Of a stretch of 64,000 nt of DNA, positions 12,217 through 26,914 are shown in pieces (the stretch's first letter is position 1; every line of letters starts with the position of its first letter). The position numbers and the translations under genes were made by a program. Origin of the DNA: Octopus sinensis (Eukaryota). The notes below the pieces were generated by a model, which worked only from the letters and a program-made list of their open reading frames with translations, was not told the origin of the DNA and searched no databases. Location: positions 118,482,001-118,546,000 of the forward strand of contig NC_042998.1 in NCBI RefSeq assembly GCF_006345805.1, written 5' to 3'.

Positions 12217-13960
12217 GTTTCAATAGAAGTAAATAATAGAGTTCACTATGTAAGAAGTCATTTTGGAAAGGAAGAGATTCAGAAAGTTTAAAAGGTAATA
12301 TGTGAAGAAAAATATATGTTGTGTGTTAAAGCTGCTGTTATCCATTATCCAAGGAATCTGCTTTGTAGAATGAATGGGTAAAGACGCATCTTGTCCATGG
12401 TATGTAAATTTTAATAGGAGTTCATATTTTGTTATTTGAAATGGACAGTGTGCAGATATATATTCTATGTGCTGTTCATTCAAAAGTATGTCGTAGTGTA
12501 AATGAAATGTTGAGAATATACTGGTATGAGAAAGTAGATACAGAGAAGAGAATAGATAGATATGTTAGAGAGAAGAAAAAATAGCATTAGTCAAAAGGAT
12601 TAGGGGAGGAAAGGAGAGAGAGAAAGAGAAAAGGAGGAAAAGAGTTCTAGATGGTGGTCAAGATATTGTGAGGGGGTGGACAGGAGAGGAGCTATCAGTA
12701 GATAAAAGGAATAGGGGAGGGAAAGGAAGAAGAGATAAGAATGTAAGGGAGGATTATGTAAAGATAAATAATAACAACGATAGAAATTATAATAATAGTA
12801 TTAATAATAATGTTAATAACGTAGACAAATCTACCCCCATCTCTAACCTCTCCACAGACAGTATTGCTCCCTCCATTCTTAAAAATAATCCCCACAATGC
12901 ACTACCATGTAACTGCCGCCCATAGACCATTTGCCTTTTGCAAACCCGTTGAAGAAGTTCTAACGTAATTTACAAATGCACCGTCCTCAATTCAACAACC
13001 ATATATATATAGGATCAACTATAAACATTAAACAGAGATACACTGCACTTCTAAATTCTTTTAGATATGAGAAACAGCAAATCCACAACCCTCGCCAGTC
13101 GCATCAACTTAAATATAGGGATATTCTATATAACTTACCATGGTCCATAATAAATTCAGAGCTTCCATACCAGAGTCAAAGAGGCATTCCATATATTAAG
13201 ACACAATTCTTCACTACAACTAAATTAGCATAATAAGGTCTTAGGTACATGCAACCCCCACTTTTTTCATACCTTCAAATTTTACCACCGATCTAAATAC
13301 AACCTAAATCACTACACAGTACATATAACTAATAACCCTAGGTAACCTGGAACAGTCTTATTTGACTTTCCTTAATCTTTTAATGTTTTAATCGTTTAAT
13401 TTTATGTATACATATACAATTACATTAAGAGTGGTTTTATATAAACAATTTCAGAAGAAGTGGGTTCCTGTAGAGAGAAAAACACCGCCTATATATATAA
13501 ACGTACCACGTTAGTGCCTATTCAAACGTATCACCCCACCTCCAACTTCTCACAGATATTCACTCCTTACATTCTTACTTCTTCCTTCTCTCCCTCTCCT
13601 ATTCCTTTTGTCTACTAATAGCTCTCCTCGGTCCACACCCTCACAATATATTGGCCACCCAACACCCAACATATATTTTTACACACATATTTCCCTTTCA
13701 AATTCCTTGGATAATGGAACGGAAGCTTTCACATCCAACATTTATGTTTAATCTCATATTTCCCCTTGTACATCCTTTATAGCTCCCTTTCCAAAACAAC
13801 TTCTTATATAATGAACTCTACTATTTCCTTCTATTGAAACTCTCTTATATAGTCTCTGATGATGGGATAACTCTTACATCCCTGAAACACCTGTAAGACT
13901 ACTTTTTTATAAATGTCCTAGAAATATCTCACTGCTTTGGCCTCGTTATCTCATTTTATT
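12217..13960 (+). mobile_element. Older Penelope-like element: GIY-YIG remnant with inverted pseudo-LTR
   Basis: CNCRP...SNVIYKCTV...IYIGSTINIKQRY...NSFRYEK at 12905-13100. Segments 12217-12370 and 12653-12770 are reverse complements of 13700-13840 and 13565-13660. Confidence 0.8.
13850..13901 (+). ncRNA. Type I minimal hammerhead ribozyme motif
   Basis: Stem I TAGTCT/AGACTA, core CTGATGA, stem II GGGAT-aactcttac-ATCCC (T:T at its base), then GAAAC-acct-GTA with a 2-bp stem III and a GUA cleavage triplet. It lies in the 3' terminus of a Penelope-like element. Confidence 0.75.
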
Positions 13961-14043
13961 CAACCCATATACATACATATATATGTATGTGTATATTATA
14001 TATATATATAATATATATTATATATATATATATATATATATTA

Positions 14044-16486
14044 ATAAGAAAATAGTAAAGTGTGAAAAAACGACAGAAGGCTTAAATGTTAAAAAATATA
14101 TATATTTGTGTCAAAATGTCTGGAGAATATTGGAAAAATTTTTTTTTTTTTTTCCTTTCCTTAAAATGACATAATTTTAAAAATTTTAAAGAAATTACCG
14201 GTTTCGCGTGTAGCTTTTCAAATTTCTTGTGACGTTATGTTTATATTGCATGGAATTATCGTTGTTTTTATTTCCAGGAGATTTCTAAATAAGGGGAGGT
14301 AGTGAGTGATTTTTTCCGGTGTAGGGGAGATAATCGCTTAAAATTTTTTTTTCCTTTTTCCTTGTTAATTTCTCTGTGTCAGTATGTTCGGATGGTTGAG
14401 TCTGGGTTTGTACTTTTCAATGAAGAATGTTTCCTTGTTCAGTCTCATTTGTGTTGATGATCCGAAAGCACATTGGTAAAATGGGAAGATTAAAAATTGT
14501 GGCAGTAGTTGCTTTGCGCATTTCTCAATGTGCTCACTAAAAGGTATCATTCTATATTCTGGAATGCAATCTGTTGTCGATGCAGTGTGCATCTGCGCCT
14601 GAGTGATAGTCCCGTGGAACCCACGTAGTCTTGGTGGCAGCCCGAGCATTTAATAACATAAATTATGTTTTCAGAGGCACAAGTAAAGTTAGATTTGATC
14701 CTAAATTTCTGTCCCTCTTTAAAGAAGAATTCTGATCCTTCCAATAGGTTAGGACATGTTGCACAGTTCGATCTACCACATTTTTTTACTTTTGCATCCG
14801 TAATTTTAGAAGACAATTTTGCCTTTGTGAGAATCTTTTTAAGTGATTTAGGCTGTTTGTAGCTTTTAATGATTTGGTGTATGTTTAGAATTTCCTTTAA
14901 TTTTGGGTTTTATGAAGTATTGGTAAATTCTGGGTGATGATGGTGAAGGCTTCTTTGTTCTGGGGTTGTATGTAGATATGTAAGGTAGTATTTTTGGGGA
15001 AGGTGTGTTGTTGTGTTGAACTTTTCTTAAAGTTTCTATGTTGATTTCTGTTGCACGTCTGATCCCATCCTCTATGAGTTGAGCTGGGTAATGTCTGTCA
15101 ATTAGGGTGTTTTTGAGTTCATGCAGTCTAAAGTTCCTGGTATTTTGTTCTGACACTATTGTGCATATCTTCTTGCAAGGTTGAAGGGGATGTTTGTTTT
15201 AGTGTGTCTTGGTGGCATGAATTAAAAGAAGGTATTGTTGGCGTCTGTGGCTTTGTAAAAAATGTCTGTTTCTATTTTAAGGTTAATTTTTTTAATTAGT
15301 ATATCCAAGAACGGGAGCTCCTTTTGGTTGTATTCCATTGTGAACTGTATATTTGGGTTTATGCTGTTCAATAGGTTTTTAAATTTTAGGAGTTTATCTA
15401 TGTTTTCATTCCAGAGAATGAAACAATCGTCTAGGAATCGTTTCCAATTCTCTTTTATGTATTGAGAGAGGGAGTTTCCAAGATTGATAGAGATACCTGG
15501 TAAATGATTATTTCCATGTATCCCATTGTTAAGTTCGCAATGACTGGTGCTGCCCTGTACCCATAGCAATTCCGGATTTTTGACGGTAAAATGTATTGTC
15601 AAACATGAAGTGGTTATTGTGTAGGATGAATTCAATTGATTTTAGTATGAATTCCTTACTGATCCTTTTGGTATTTCTTCCGGAAATTGGTCTAACCAGA
15701 ATTGTATTGCCTCCAGTCCATAATTATGAGGAATACTGGTATACAATTGACTACATCAAATGAAACCAGGATTGTTTCTTCCTTGGTTTTTTTTGGGAGG
15801 TGGTTTAACATATCTAAGTCATCTCTGATATGGCTATCGATATGTTTAAGGAAGGGTTTCAAGAGGATGTCCATAAGTAGACTTAGTCTGTGTGTTTCAC
15901 AGGTTGGGCCAGCTACAATGGGTCGTAGTTTTAGGTCCCCCGGATTAGGTGTGTGTATGTATGTCTTTGGTGATTTTTAATGGTTTCATTTATAATTTGA
16001 CTTTTATGAATTTTTGGCAGACCATAGAAAAGGCTAGGTTTGCATTTAAAGTTTGTTAGGAAATCAATCTCTTTGGTTGTCAGTTCCTTTTCATGGAAAC
16101 ATTCTTCATTGAAAAGTACAAACCCAGACTCAACCATCCGAACATACTGACACAGAGAAATTAACAAGGAAAAAGGAAAAAAAATTTTTAAGCGATTATC
16201 TCCCCTACACCGGAAAAAATCACTCACTACCTCCCCTTATTTAGAAATCTCCTGGAAATAAAAACAACGATAATTCCATGCAATATAACATAACGTCACA
16301 AGAAATTTGAAAAGCTACACGCGAACCGGTAATTTCTTAAAAAATTTTTAAATTATGTCATTTTAAGAAAGGAAAAAAAAAAAAAAAAAAAAAATTTTTC
16401 CAATATCTCCAGACATTTTGACACAAATATATATATTTTTTACATTTAAGCCTTCTGTCTTTTTTCACACTTTACTATTTTCTTAT
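14044..16486 (-). mobile_element. 5'-truncated Penelope-like element (RT + GIY-YIG) with a 391-bp inverted pseudo-LTR
   Basis: Frameshifted ORF pieces FYGLPKIHK, LVSFDVV, WKRFLDDCF, ELPFLDILI and KCGRSNCATC...NIIYVIKC...YVGST. Arms 14044-14434 and 16095-16486 are near-identical reverse complements. Confidence 0.95.
14189..14228 (-). ncRNA. Degenerate minimal hammerhead motif in the Penelope pseudo-LTR (second copy 16300-16338, + strand)
   Basis: AAGAAAT-ttgaaaa-GCtacacGC-GAAACCGGTA-ATTTCTT: perfect 7-bp stem I and palindromic ACCGGT stem III. The core differs from CTGANGA at two positions, and the 16.3-kb copy also lacks one A of GAAA. Confidence 0.5.
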
Positions 16487-16523
16487 ATATTCACCCACGT
16501 GCTTTACCAAACAAACTTTCTTA

Positions 16524-16555
<32 letters not shown>

Positions 16556-16560
<5 letters not shown>

Positions 16561-17080
16561 TTAGAGATAAAACCACTATTAGGCAAATCAAACAGTGAAA
16601 AACATAAACCAAAATAGAAATAAAATTAATTAATATAATATACAAAATATATAAAATATAAAATTCAAAATTTAAACTATTTAAATTAAAATAAAATTTG
16701 AAGAAAAATTTTTTTCATCATTAATTTATACTTATAAATTGATATACGGATTTTTGTCAGTGAAACAGTCGCGGTATAAAAGCAACGAAAATATTTTGAC
16801 AAATTAAACTTAAATTTTGAAGTGAATCGAACGGCTTTTGTGTGTTTCTAAATGGCTTACAAACACCTCCACGCGCTGCATTGTTATATATATAAATTTA
16901 TAAGTATAAATTAATAATTTAATAATGCTTTTTTTTATTTTAATTTAATTTAAATAATTTAAATTTTGAATTTTGTATTTTATATATTTTGTATATTATA
17001 TTAATTAATTTTATTTCTATGTTTTGGTTTATGTTTTTCACTGTTTGATTTGCCTAATAGTGGTTTTATCTCTAATTTAA
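16556..17080. repeat. Fold-back / MITE-like hairpin unit 1 (about 185-bp inverted arms, about 145-bp spacer), TA-flanked
   Basis: Starts TTAAATTAGAGATAAAACCACTATTAGGCAAATC and ends GATTTGCCTAATAGTGGTTTTATCTCTAATTTAA. Confidence 0.9.
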
Positions 17081-17205
17081 TATATATATTTATACTGTAA
17101 AATTAGATTTAATCCTAAATCTAATTTTTCCCTGTAAGTCTGGATTTACTCCCTAATATCATTATTATCATTATTATATATATATATATTATATATATAT
17201 ATATA

Positions 17206-17730
17206 TTAAATTAGAGATAAAACCACTATTAGGCAAATCAAACAGTGAAAAACATAAACCAAAACATAGAAATAAAATTAATTAATATAATATACAAAAT
17301 ATATAAAATATAAAATTCAAAATTTAAACTATTTAAATTAAAATAAAAATTTGAAGAAAAATTTTTTTCATCATTAATTTATACTTATAAATTGATATAC
17401 GGATTTTTGTCAGTGAACAGGTCGCGGTATAAAAGCAACGAAAATATTTTGACAAATTAAACTTAAATTTTGAAGTGAATCGAACGGCTTTTGTGTGTTT
17501 CTTAAATGGCTTACAAACACCTTCCACGCTGCATTGTTATATATATAAATTTATAAGTATAAATTAATAATTTAATGCTTTTTTTATTTTAATTTTAATT
17601 TAAATAATTTAAATTTTGAATTTTGTATTTTATATATTTTGTATATTATATTAATTAATTCTATTTCTATGTTTTGGTTTATGTTTTTCACTGTTTGATT
17701 TGCCTAATAGTGGTTTTATCTCTAATTTAA
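17206..17730. repeat. Fold-back hairpin unit 2, tandem copy of unit 1 (650-bp period)
   Basis: Same termini, spacer and downstream tail as unit 1. It differs mainly by small indels. Confidence 0.9.
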
Positions 17731-17852
17731 TATATATATTTATACTGTAAAATTAGATTTAATCCTAAATCTAATTTTTCCCTGTAAGTCTGGATTTACT
17801 CCCTAATATCATTATTATCATTATTATATATATATATATATATTATATATAT

Positions 17853-18011
17853 AACGGGCCTCTTTCAGTTTCTGTCAACCAGACCCACTCATAAGGCATT
17901 GGTTGGTCCGCGGTTATTGCAGAATACATTTACCATAAGTACCTTGCAGTGCGACTGAACCCGGTATATTGTGTTTGGAAATCAAACTTCTTACCATGCA
18001 GCCATGTCTGC
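17853..18011 (-). mobile_element. SINE family B 5' part
   Basis: GACTGAACCCGG...CTTCTTACCATGCAGCC is the reverse complement of the tRNA-like head. Confidence 0.8.
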
Positions 18012-18531
18012 GTGGCATATATAAATTGTCTAAGCAACATGTCAAAATTATTTTGTGGGGTGGCTTCATCGCTCATTAAGGTCTCTATTTGCTTAAGAAT
18101 GAGTTTGAGGAGTATACGAAAATGATTCGAAATCTGTGCGTTTCACAAAGCCCTCTTGTTATAACCAATCGCTATTCTAGGTCGTTGAGAGGTAGTATGC
18201 TAATAAAAATTGAAGTTTATCCTTTACCCGTTTCATTTATCGTTTCTGTCTTGTAGATTTTTCTGATTCTTTAAGAATTGCTTTTGCATTAATCCCCGTA
18301 AAATAGTATATTTACTTTTCTGTTATGTTCTTTTGAAAGTGTGAAGGTGCCTGAATAGGAAAACATGATATACTTAACTCATGTTAAAAGCAATGCCTAA
18401 TTACACTTTTCAAATATTTATTTGCTAACGTCACACTGAGACTGGCCCACTGAATTTTGTTTTTCATCGAAACTGGATTCTAAGGAAGAAATAATTTTAA
18501 AAAGTGGTTATTAAGTCTAAAGAAAAACAAA

Positions 18532-18641
18532 ATGGAGTCAGCCAACCAGGAGGCTGGAATATTGAATCAAGTGGCCAAGACATTTGATAAACAGATAGAA
18601 TGTTGTCTATTTCGGACAAAAAAGAATTGTCAGAATAGATG
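18532..18641 (+). CDS. Candidate first coding exon (MESANQEAGILNQVAKTFDKQIECCLFRTKKNCQNR, phase-2 donor)
   Basis: CAAAATGG start context, 36 open codons, then G|GTAAG. No downstream exon or homologue is recognised, so this could be chance. Confidence 0.25.
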
Positions 18642-18644
18642 GTA

Positions 18645-18780
18645 AGCGAAGACGTCAGCCAAAAACAACACTTGACCACTGTTAACAAAAACAAGGGACG
18701 AAAGCTATTTCTTTCTTTTTACAAACGTCTCACCGAGCAGCCAGCCAATCGAGCAGCCAGCTGCGTCATAGGCGAGCATA
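18645..18780. promoter_or_regulatory. CpG-richer patch with a CCAAT box, CRE-like sites and a 12-bp direct repeat
   Basis: AGACGTCA, AGCCAATCG and TGCGTCA. CGAGCAGCCAGC occurs at 18734-18745 and 18750-18761. Confidence 0.3.
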
Positions 18781-18861
18781 AAGAAAAGATAATTTTTAGT
18801 ACGTAATCAACCAGAACTTTAACCTGTCTTAAAATCTACACATAATATATTGTTCAGAACA

Positions 18862-19070
18862 AAGGCGGTGAGCTGACAGAAACGTTCGCTCGCCGGATAA
18901 AATGCTTATCAGCATTTCGAATGTTAGTTTTGAGTTCAAATTCCGCCGAGGTCGACTTTATCTTTCATCCGTTTGGGGTCGTTAAGACAAGTACCAGACG
19001 AGCACTGGGGTCGATTTTATCGGCATAATCCCTCTCTCGAGATTGCTAAACTTTTGCCAAAATTTAAAAT
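18862..19070 (+). mobile_element. SINE family A
   Basis: AAGGCGGTGAGCTGACAGAA...GAGTTCAAATTCCGCCGAGGTCGACTTT. Confidence 0.9.
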
Positions 19071-19995
19071 AAATTTAAAAGTAAATCACATTTTACATTG
19101 GAATGAGTAAAGCAAGCGATGAACAATTCCAACAGAAAACACAACAGGACAGAACTTATAAAAGAATTTTTTCTTATACTCTCAAATATTTATACCTAAT
19201 TGCTAACATAATTCATTGTTATGAAACTTATTGAACATTTAAACTGTTATTATGTATTATTGCATTAAAATTTATCAATCATTTGGGTTTTTTATAGAAG
19301 ATATCCTGCATCTACTTTTTGAGTATGTTTTATCGATAAGAATCGTTTCTTTTGCATTCTCTTTATTGTAATGTCACGCCATTTTCTTTATTTTTATAAA
19401 GCATTTAAAAATGTTGACACTGGTACGGTATTCTAATAAATGAAAAGCGTTAAAAATTACAATCTACAATTCTTTTTAAGTCCCCAAACGCATTTTTCAA
19501 GTCAGACCAACTAATTTTACACATACACACGCACGCACAAACACAGACACAGACACACGCACACACACAACTATACAAATAGGTATGCATGTATGTATAC
19601 GTATGTATAATGTGTACGAATATGCGTGAGAGGATAAAATAACAGTTGCTATAATTAAGTTTGAGTTATTGCATTAGATCTCGGTCCTGTGATTTCTTCA
19701 GTATTAAACTCGGTCTTTTATTTCTGGAGAGATCAAAAGACAGAAATCTAAAACAAGTAGCTGCTAATATAATTGTAGCAACTGTTATGTATTTCATCGT
19801 ATTATTATAATCTACTCCATATAAAATAGTACGCATTTTTCTTTATTTCTATTTTATTATAAAGTTATAGCATACTCTTCCATAGATATAAAATATACAT
19901 ATAAATGTATACGGTAACCACACACACACACATATATATATGTCTCTGTGGTGTTTCATGTTCTTGTCCATGTCTGTAATTAATTTTACTGTTTA

Positions 19996-21961
<1,966 letters not shown>

Positions 21962-22167
21962 GCAAATATATATATTGGAAGGTTTGGAGATGATGTACAG
22001 GTATTATATATTAGAAGAAATGAGGTAATCAGAAGATCGGATGATTTATATTACAGATATTTATTTATATATTACATTTTTTATATATATATCATATCAA
22101 TTAGATCATTATCGCTTTCTCCCATTCTAGTGGGGTATTCAAATCAAATCAAAACATATATATATAT

Positions 22168-22199
<32 letters not shown>

Positions 22200-22250
22200 C
22201 ATACAATAACACACGTACATCCATACACACATATATACCATGATATTAAA

Positions 22251-22330
<80 letters not shown>

Positions 22331-22384
22331 TATTATATATATATATAATATATATATATATACACACAAACGTAGAGATATATC

Positions 22385-23300
22385 ATTATTCAGTTTTATT
22401 TCAAGATTCTTGTCAATAGAGAAAGAGCGAGTTTCTGGATCAACTCTCCTTCTTTGGAATTTCAACAACATCAACGGGGTGTTTTCGCAGGTTTTTATTT
22501 TTACGTATACCTTCTTATGCAAAAAAATTGCATATCTAGTATATGATCTAGTATATTTAAATGATAAGCTTCTGGAATGTTTTACAGATTTTACAGTTCC
22601 AGTGATATCTTAGATCTGTAGTCTTTGAATCAGCTTTCTCCTTTCTGCTTTTGAGAAGCCTAAATTCTCAAGGTTGGTATTTATGTGTTACAAATCCCAG
22701 TGCCCCAATAATTATAGATATACATCTAAACTTGTAATCTGTATAGAGTAATTGCAGATTTTTCAATAGTTTAGATTTCTCAATAGTGTTCTTTTTTTTT
22801 CTGATCTTAAACTTTATCTTAACATTCGCTGGGAAACTGGTTTCCACACTATACACAGTTTCTCTCCTGTATCCCAAACCCTCATATCAAGTCTATTGTG
22901 TTTACATTTTACTGAAGTTTTCACTGGGGCATTCCACCAGTACTCCTTTTTATTATGAGTGTCTATGGCTTCTATCTTAGTGTGCGTTCTTATTTCTTTG
23001 TCCTTGAGATTATCCTTCCGACGGATTTCATGAAACAGTGTCCTCGCTACAGAATGATGTCTCAACGGTAGATAATACCGTGATGATATTTTCGGACAAT
23101 TGCTTATGATGTGGGTGATATCTCCGGTGTTTGCTCTACAAAGTCTGCATGGGTTGTCACATTTTACTGTTTTTCTTGAACCTCTGTCCATTTTGTGCAT
23201 CAGATATTTGGTATCTGTATGCAGGTGTATGTGTGTGTACTTGTGTTTCTTTGTATGAGTACGCTGGTGAATTTAAAAGTTCTTTTGACATGGGAGATAT
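22385..23300 (-). mobile_element. R4/Dong-like LINE 3' fragment (CCHC finger + restriction-like endonuclease), decayed
   Basis: CRLC...ITHIISNCP...LRH, EYWWN, KCKHNRLD, NLQLLY and IIIGALG, followed by an AT-rich 3' UTR. Confidence 0.85.
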
Positions 23301-23899
23301 TGTTAGGTGGTGACAGCAGCTGCATACATAGACATAATTGCATTGGCTACACATTCTTTTAAAACTATTCATAAGAGGTTCATGGAACCTTGCGTTGGAA
23401 CTGACTCCAGAAGTATGTTGTTGCGAAGTGAACCTTTAAACACATTTTTTTATTCCATGATATTATTTGCTTCAAATCGTACACGATGAAATTTTTAAAC
23501 AGAACCTGCTGTATAGCATAGTATGTTTGCCTTGTTTATTATGTGTAAATCATATGGTTGCGTGTTTTCTTAAAACTATTCACTGAATATAATATCAGAG
23601 TCTTCATATAATATTAGTGTATTCATAGGAAGCATTCTTTCAGATAGTTCACTTTAATTTTATAACTCCTTATTGCATTATTTTATAATTCTCTATTCTA
23701 AAACAGTACCAGACTATAGGTCTTGTGAACGATAATCATCGACTTAAGTACGAACATGTCTTATCCATGATAAAATTCACACGTTCGATCACCTTATCAG
23801 AGATTAAATAATAGATTGTTTTAAACTTATATAACTTCAAATGTATTTTTTGCAACACGGAATATTCCTGGTTTGGATATTAATTAGATTTTGTTTGCC

Positions 23900-24190
23900 T
23901 GTTGTATTACTTAGTTGAATTAGAACAGCATCATATCAAGTGCTTATCAATTGGAAATCACTTTTACTACATGTTCATTAATAATAAGATTAGTCGCTTC
24001 ATAAGATAAGGAAGCGATATAAAATTTAGAACGTCAAATATTGAGTAACTCTATAGAATATTGTTTAGTAACTGGTATCTGAAGTCTTATATGAGATTTT
24101 AATAAAACAAAATGAGTGAAGCGAGATTTTCTAGAAGAGATACAACTTGATTTTTAACATCCTACCTTTAAGCAAACGTATAGCAACTAT
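23900..24190 (+). pseudogene. Possible decayed cadherin-repeat fragment
   Basis: One frame with stops: IIRLVAS*DK...LVTGI*SLI*DF...EEIQLDF*HPTFKQTY. This resembles the AxDxD, TGxI and DxNDxxPxF motifs. Confidence 0.25.
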
Positions 24191-25979
24191 AATTTGACCT
24201 ACAATTTGACTCGAAGAAATAAACATAAAGCTCATCCATTCGAGTCATTGTATAACAAACAAACTTTTGGTTAAAGGGATCTGCATCCCAACAGAATTTC
24301 TCTATAGAAATACCCTTAAATGCTGCGGGGATTATGACTTATCTTCTGTTGAATTTTTATGCGGGATTCTATTTAGACGGTACGAAGTGACAATTACACA
24401 TAATTATGAAGTAACATAATCATGTGAATCTCTCTTCTACACGAGAGCCGGACTAGCAAATATAGAGGGAACTTATGCTGTTGGAGAAAGAACTTTAATC
24501 AAATATGAAGATATATTTGACAACAAGCGTTTGAATGTAAATAAGTTGTGAGGAAAGGTATGTCTTTCTCAGAGCCTCATATAATGGTATGATCCAAGTG
24601 TTCCATTTCATCTATTTTCTGACATTGATCGTGCGTGTCAGAACTTTTTAATTCGTACAAAAATTATATATTAAATATTTTATTGTTATTATTGTTTTAA
24701 GAGTTTCAACTTTGAATGAAAGTCTGTTGTAATATTGGATATATAATTCGATTTATTATGAGTTACAACGACATTAGACAGAAAATAGGGGAAATCATAA
24801 TACGAAATGTAAAATTCGTGAGTTGAAGATAATTTACAAAAATATAAATTTACAAAAACGATAAAAACACGGTTTACCTATTCTATTGTAAATGGTGTAT
24901 AGAACAGTATACTGTATTACAATCGGTAAAAACAATATGCTTTTTAAAATTTTCTTCTGTTCAATCGCCGAATTATGAACTATTTGGAATAATATATTTC
25001 GATAATAATCATTCAGTATTTCCTTAGAATGAATATTCAATAAAGGAGGACCGGTTAAGTGAAAAGGTTGTATTGTGATATAGTTTATTTATTTGCTGTA
25101 ACTTCAAGTTTTTTACGGAACATATGACATTGAGGTAACAGTGAGGGAGCTGTGATACTGGCAGCATTTGGACAACGCTGATTGAAAAGATTCCACATTG
25201 TACTAATCCAATAGTACTTACAAAGACATCTGTGTCATAGATTTTTCAGGAGAACATGTGTGTGTGTGTATGTGTGTGTTTGTGTGTGTGTGTTTGCCTG
25301 TCTGCCTGTGTCTGTCTGTTTGTCTGTATATACATGTTAACATTCATATATGCGCATACCTACATATATATTTTCACTTATACTCTTTCTAAACAATTGG
25401 CTGTAAAAGAAAAACATTTCTGAAAAGTAGAAATATTACTGTAAGGATAGTATTCATACGAATGGTCACTTCTTTTCTCCCTGTATGTGTTTCAATTTCA
25501 CGTCACTGCCCAGTAACTATTGAAGAGAAACTTAAGAATAAGGAGCATTCATTCGCTAGTCAGAGAGGTTGAAGATTTCAGATGGAAAAAGGGAAGAAAA
25601 AAGAAAAAGAATGATATACTTATTGATTATATGCGTGCTTTCAGCCCATATTTCGTAAGCATGGAGACAAACGCGAAAATATATTTCCATTTTACAATTT
25701 ATATCCTACACAGAATGATAAATTCGCAGGGCCAGTAAACAGAGAGCTATTAGAGTAATGATGAATGTAACATATTTTGACCTCATACATGCAAAACTAA
25801 GATTCCAGAAGTGAACTATTTCGCTTCACTCCATTTTTCATGTGTGTGCATATATATGTGTGTGTGTGCGCGAGTGTGCGTATGTGTGTATGTTTGTATA
25901 TATGTATATATATATATGTTTATACATATATATATATATACTTGTCTATACGCATATATGTCTATACACACACATACAT

Positions 25980-26058
<79 letters not shown>

Positions 26059-26369
26059 TACATAGATCAACTGATTGATAGATTCATGGCTCAATGAATG
26101 CATATATATATTTATTTATTTATTTCGAGGATATGTTAACCTTGTGAAGAGTTGATTGTATCCAAGGAAATACTGGTTCAATACATAGTATTTTGGGGAA
26201 CGAAATTCAGTTAAAACGATAGATACATATTAAGCATATAGTTTATATCCACTTAAAACAAGAAAGAAAATGGAGATGAGGAAGTTAATAATTCTTTATT
26301 ATTAACAAATTGGGTACCTTCTCTTCTTACAACCGTTTCAATTAATACTCAATAATTTATTACAAAGGA

Positions 26370-26655
26370 CTGCGGTCGTGCCGGGTCCCCGCCATTTACT
26401 TTGCTACAATTTCACTAAACCTTCTCTGTGTGACATTTGGTGCATGGGTAAGTTTGACGTTGCTATCCTCATTTGTGCTTCTTGCCTTGAGGTAGGTTCA
26501 TCCGAAACTCTTGTCGGAAGGAAATCCAGTTTTGTTTTCAAAAAGTGTACATCCACGCCATGCAGGTCTCTCAGATTTTGTGGAAGGATATTGAAGAGAT
26601 GTGCACCTTTCAAGCCCAAGCTGCTGCAGTATCAGGTATTGCATCCTGATTGGAA
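26370..26655 (-). mobile_element. CR1-group LINE 3' fragment, same family as 60.9-61.3 kb
   Basis: LGLKGAHLFNILPQNLRDLHGVDV...DEPTSRQEAQMR. Confidence 0.88.
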
Positions 26656-26690
26656 AAATATGTATATATAATATATATATATATATATAT

Positions 26691-26831
<141 letters not shown>

Positions 26832-26914
26832 GGTACATAGATATATATTTCATACATATCATGTGTGTGTATACATATTAAAGACAGATATGATAGATCG
26901 CTAGCCACTATACA

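Noticed and set aside
16556-17850. Regular repeat-spacer appearance suggesting a CRISPR-like array
   Set aside because: There are only two long units with identical spacers in a eukaryotic context, and no cas genes.
18497-18694. Minus-strand ORF with a signal-peptide-like start
   Set aside because: It starts at TTG, is short, and has no recognisable motifs.
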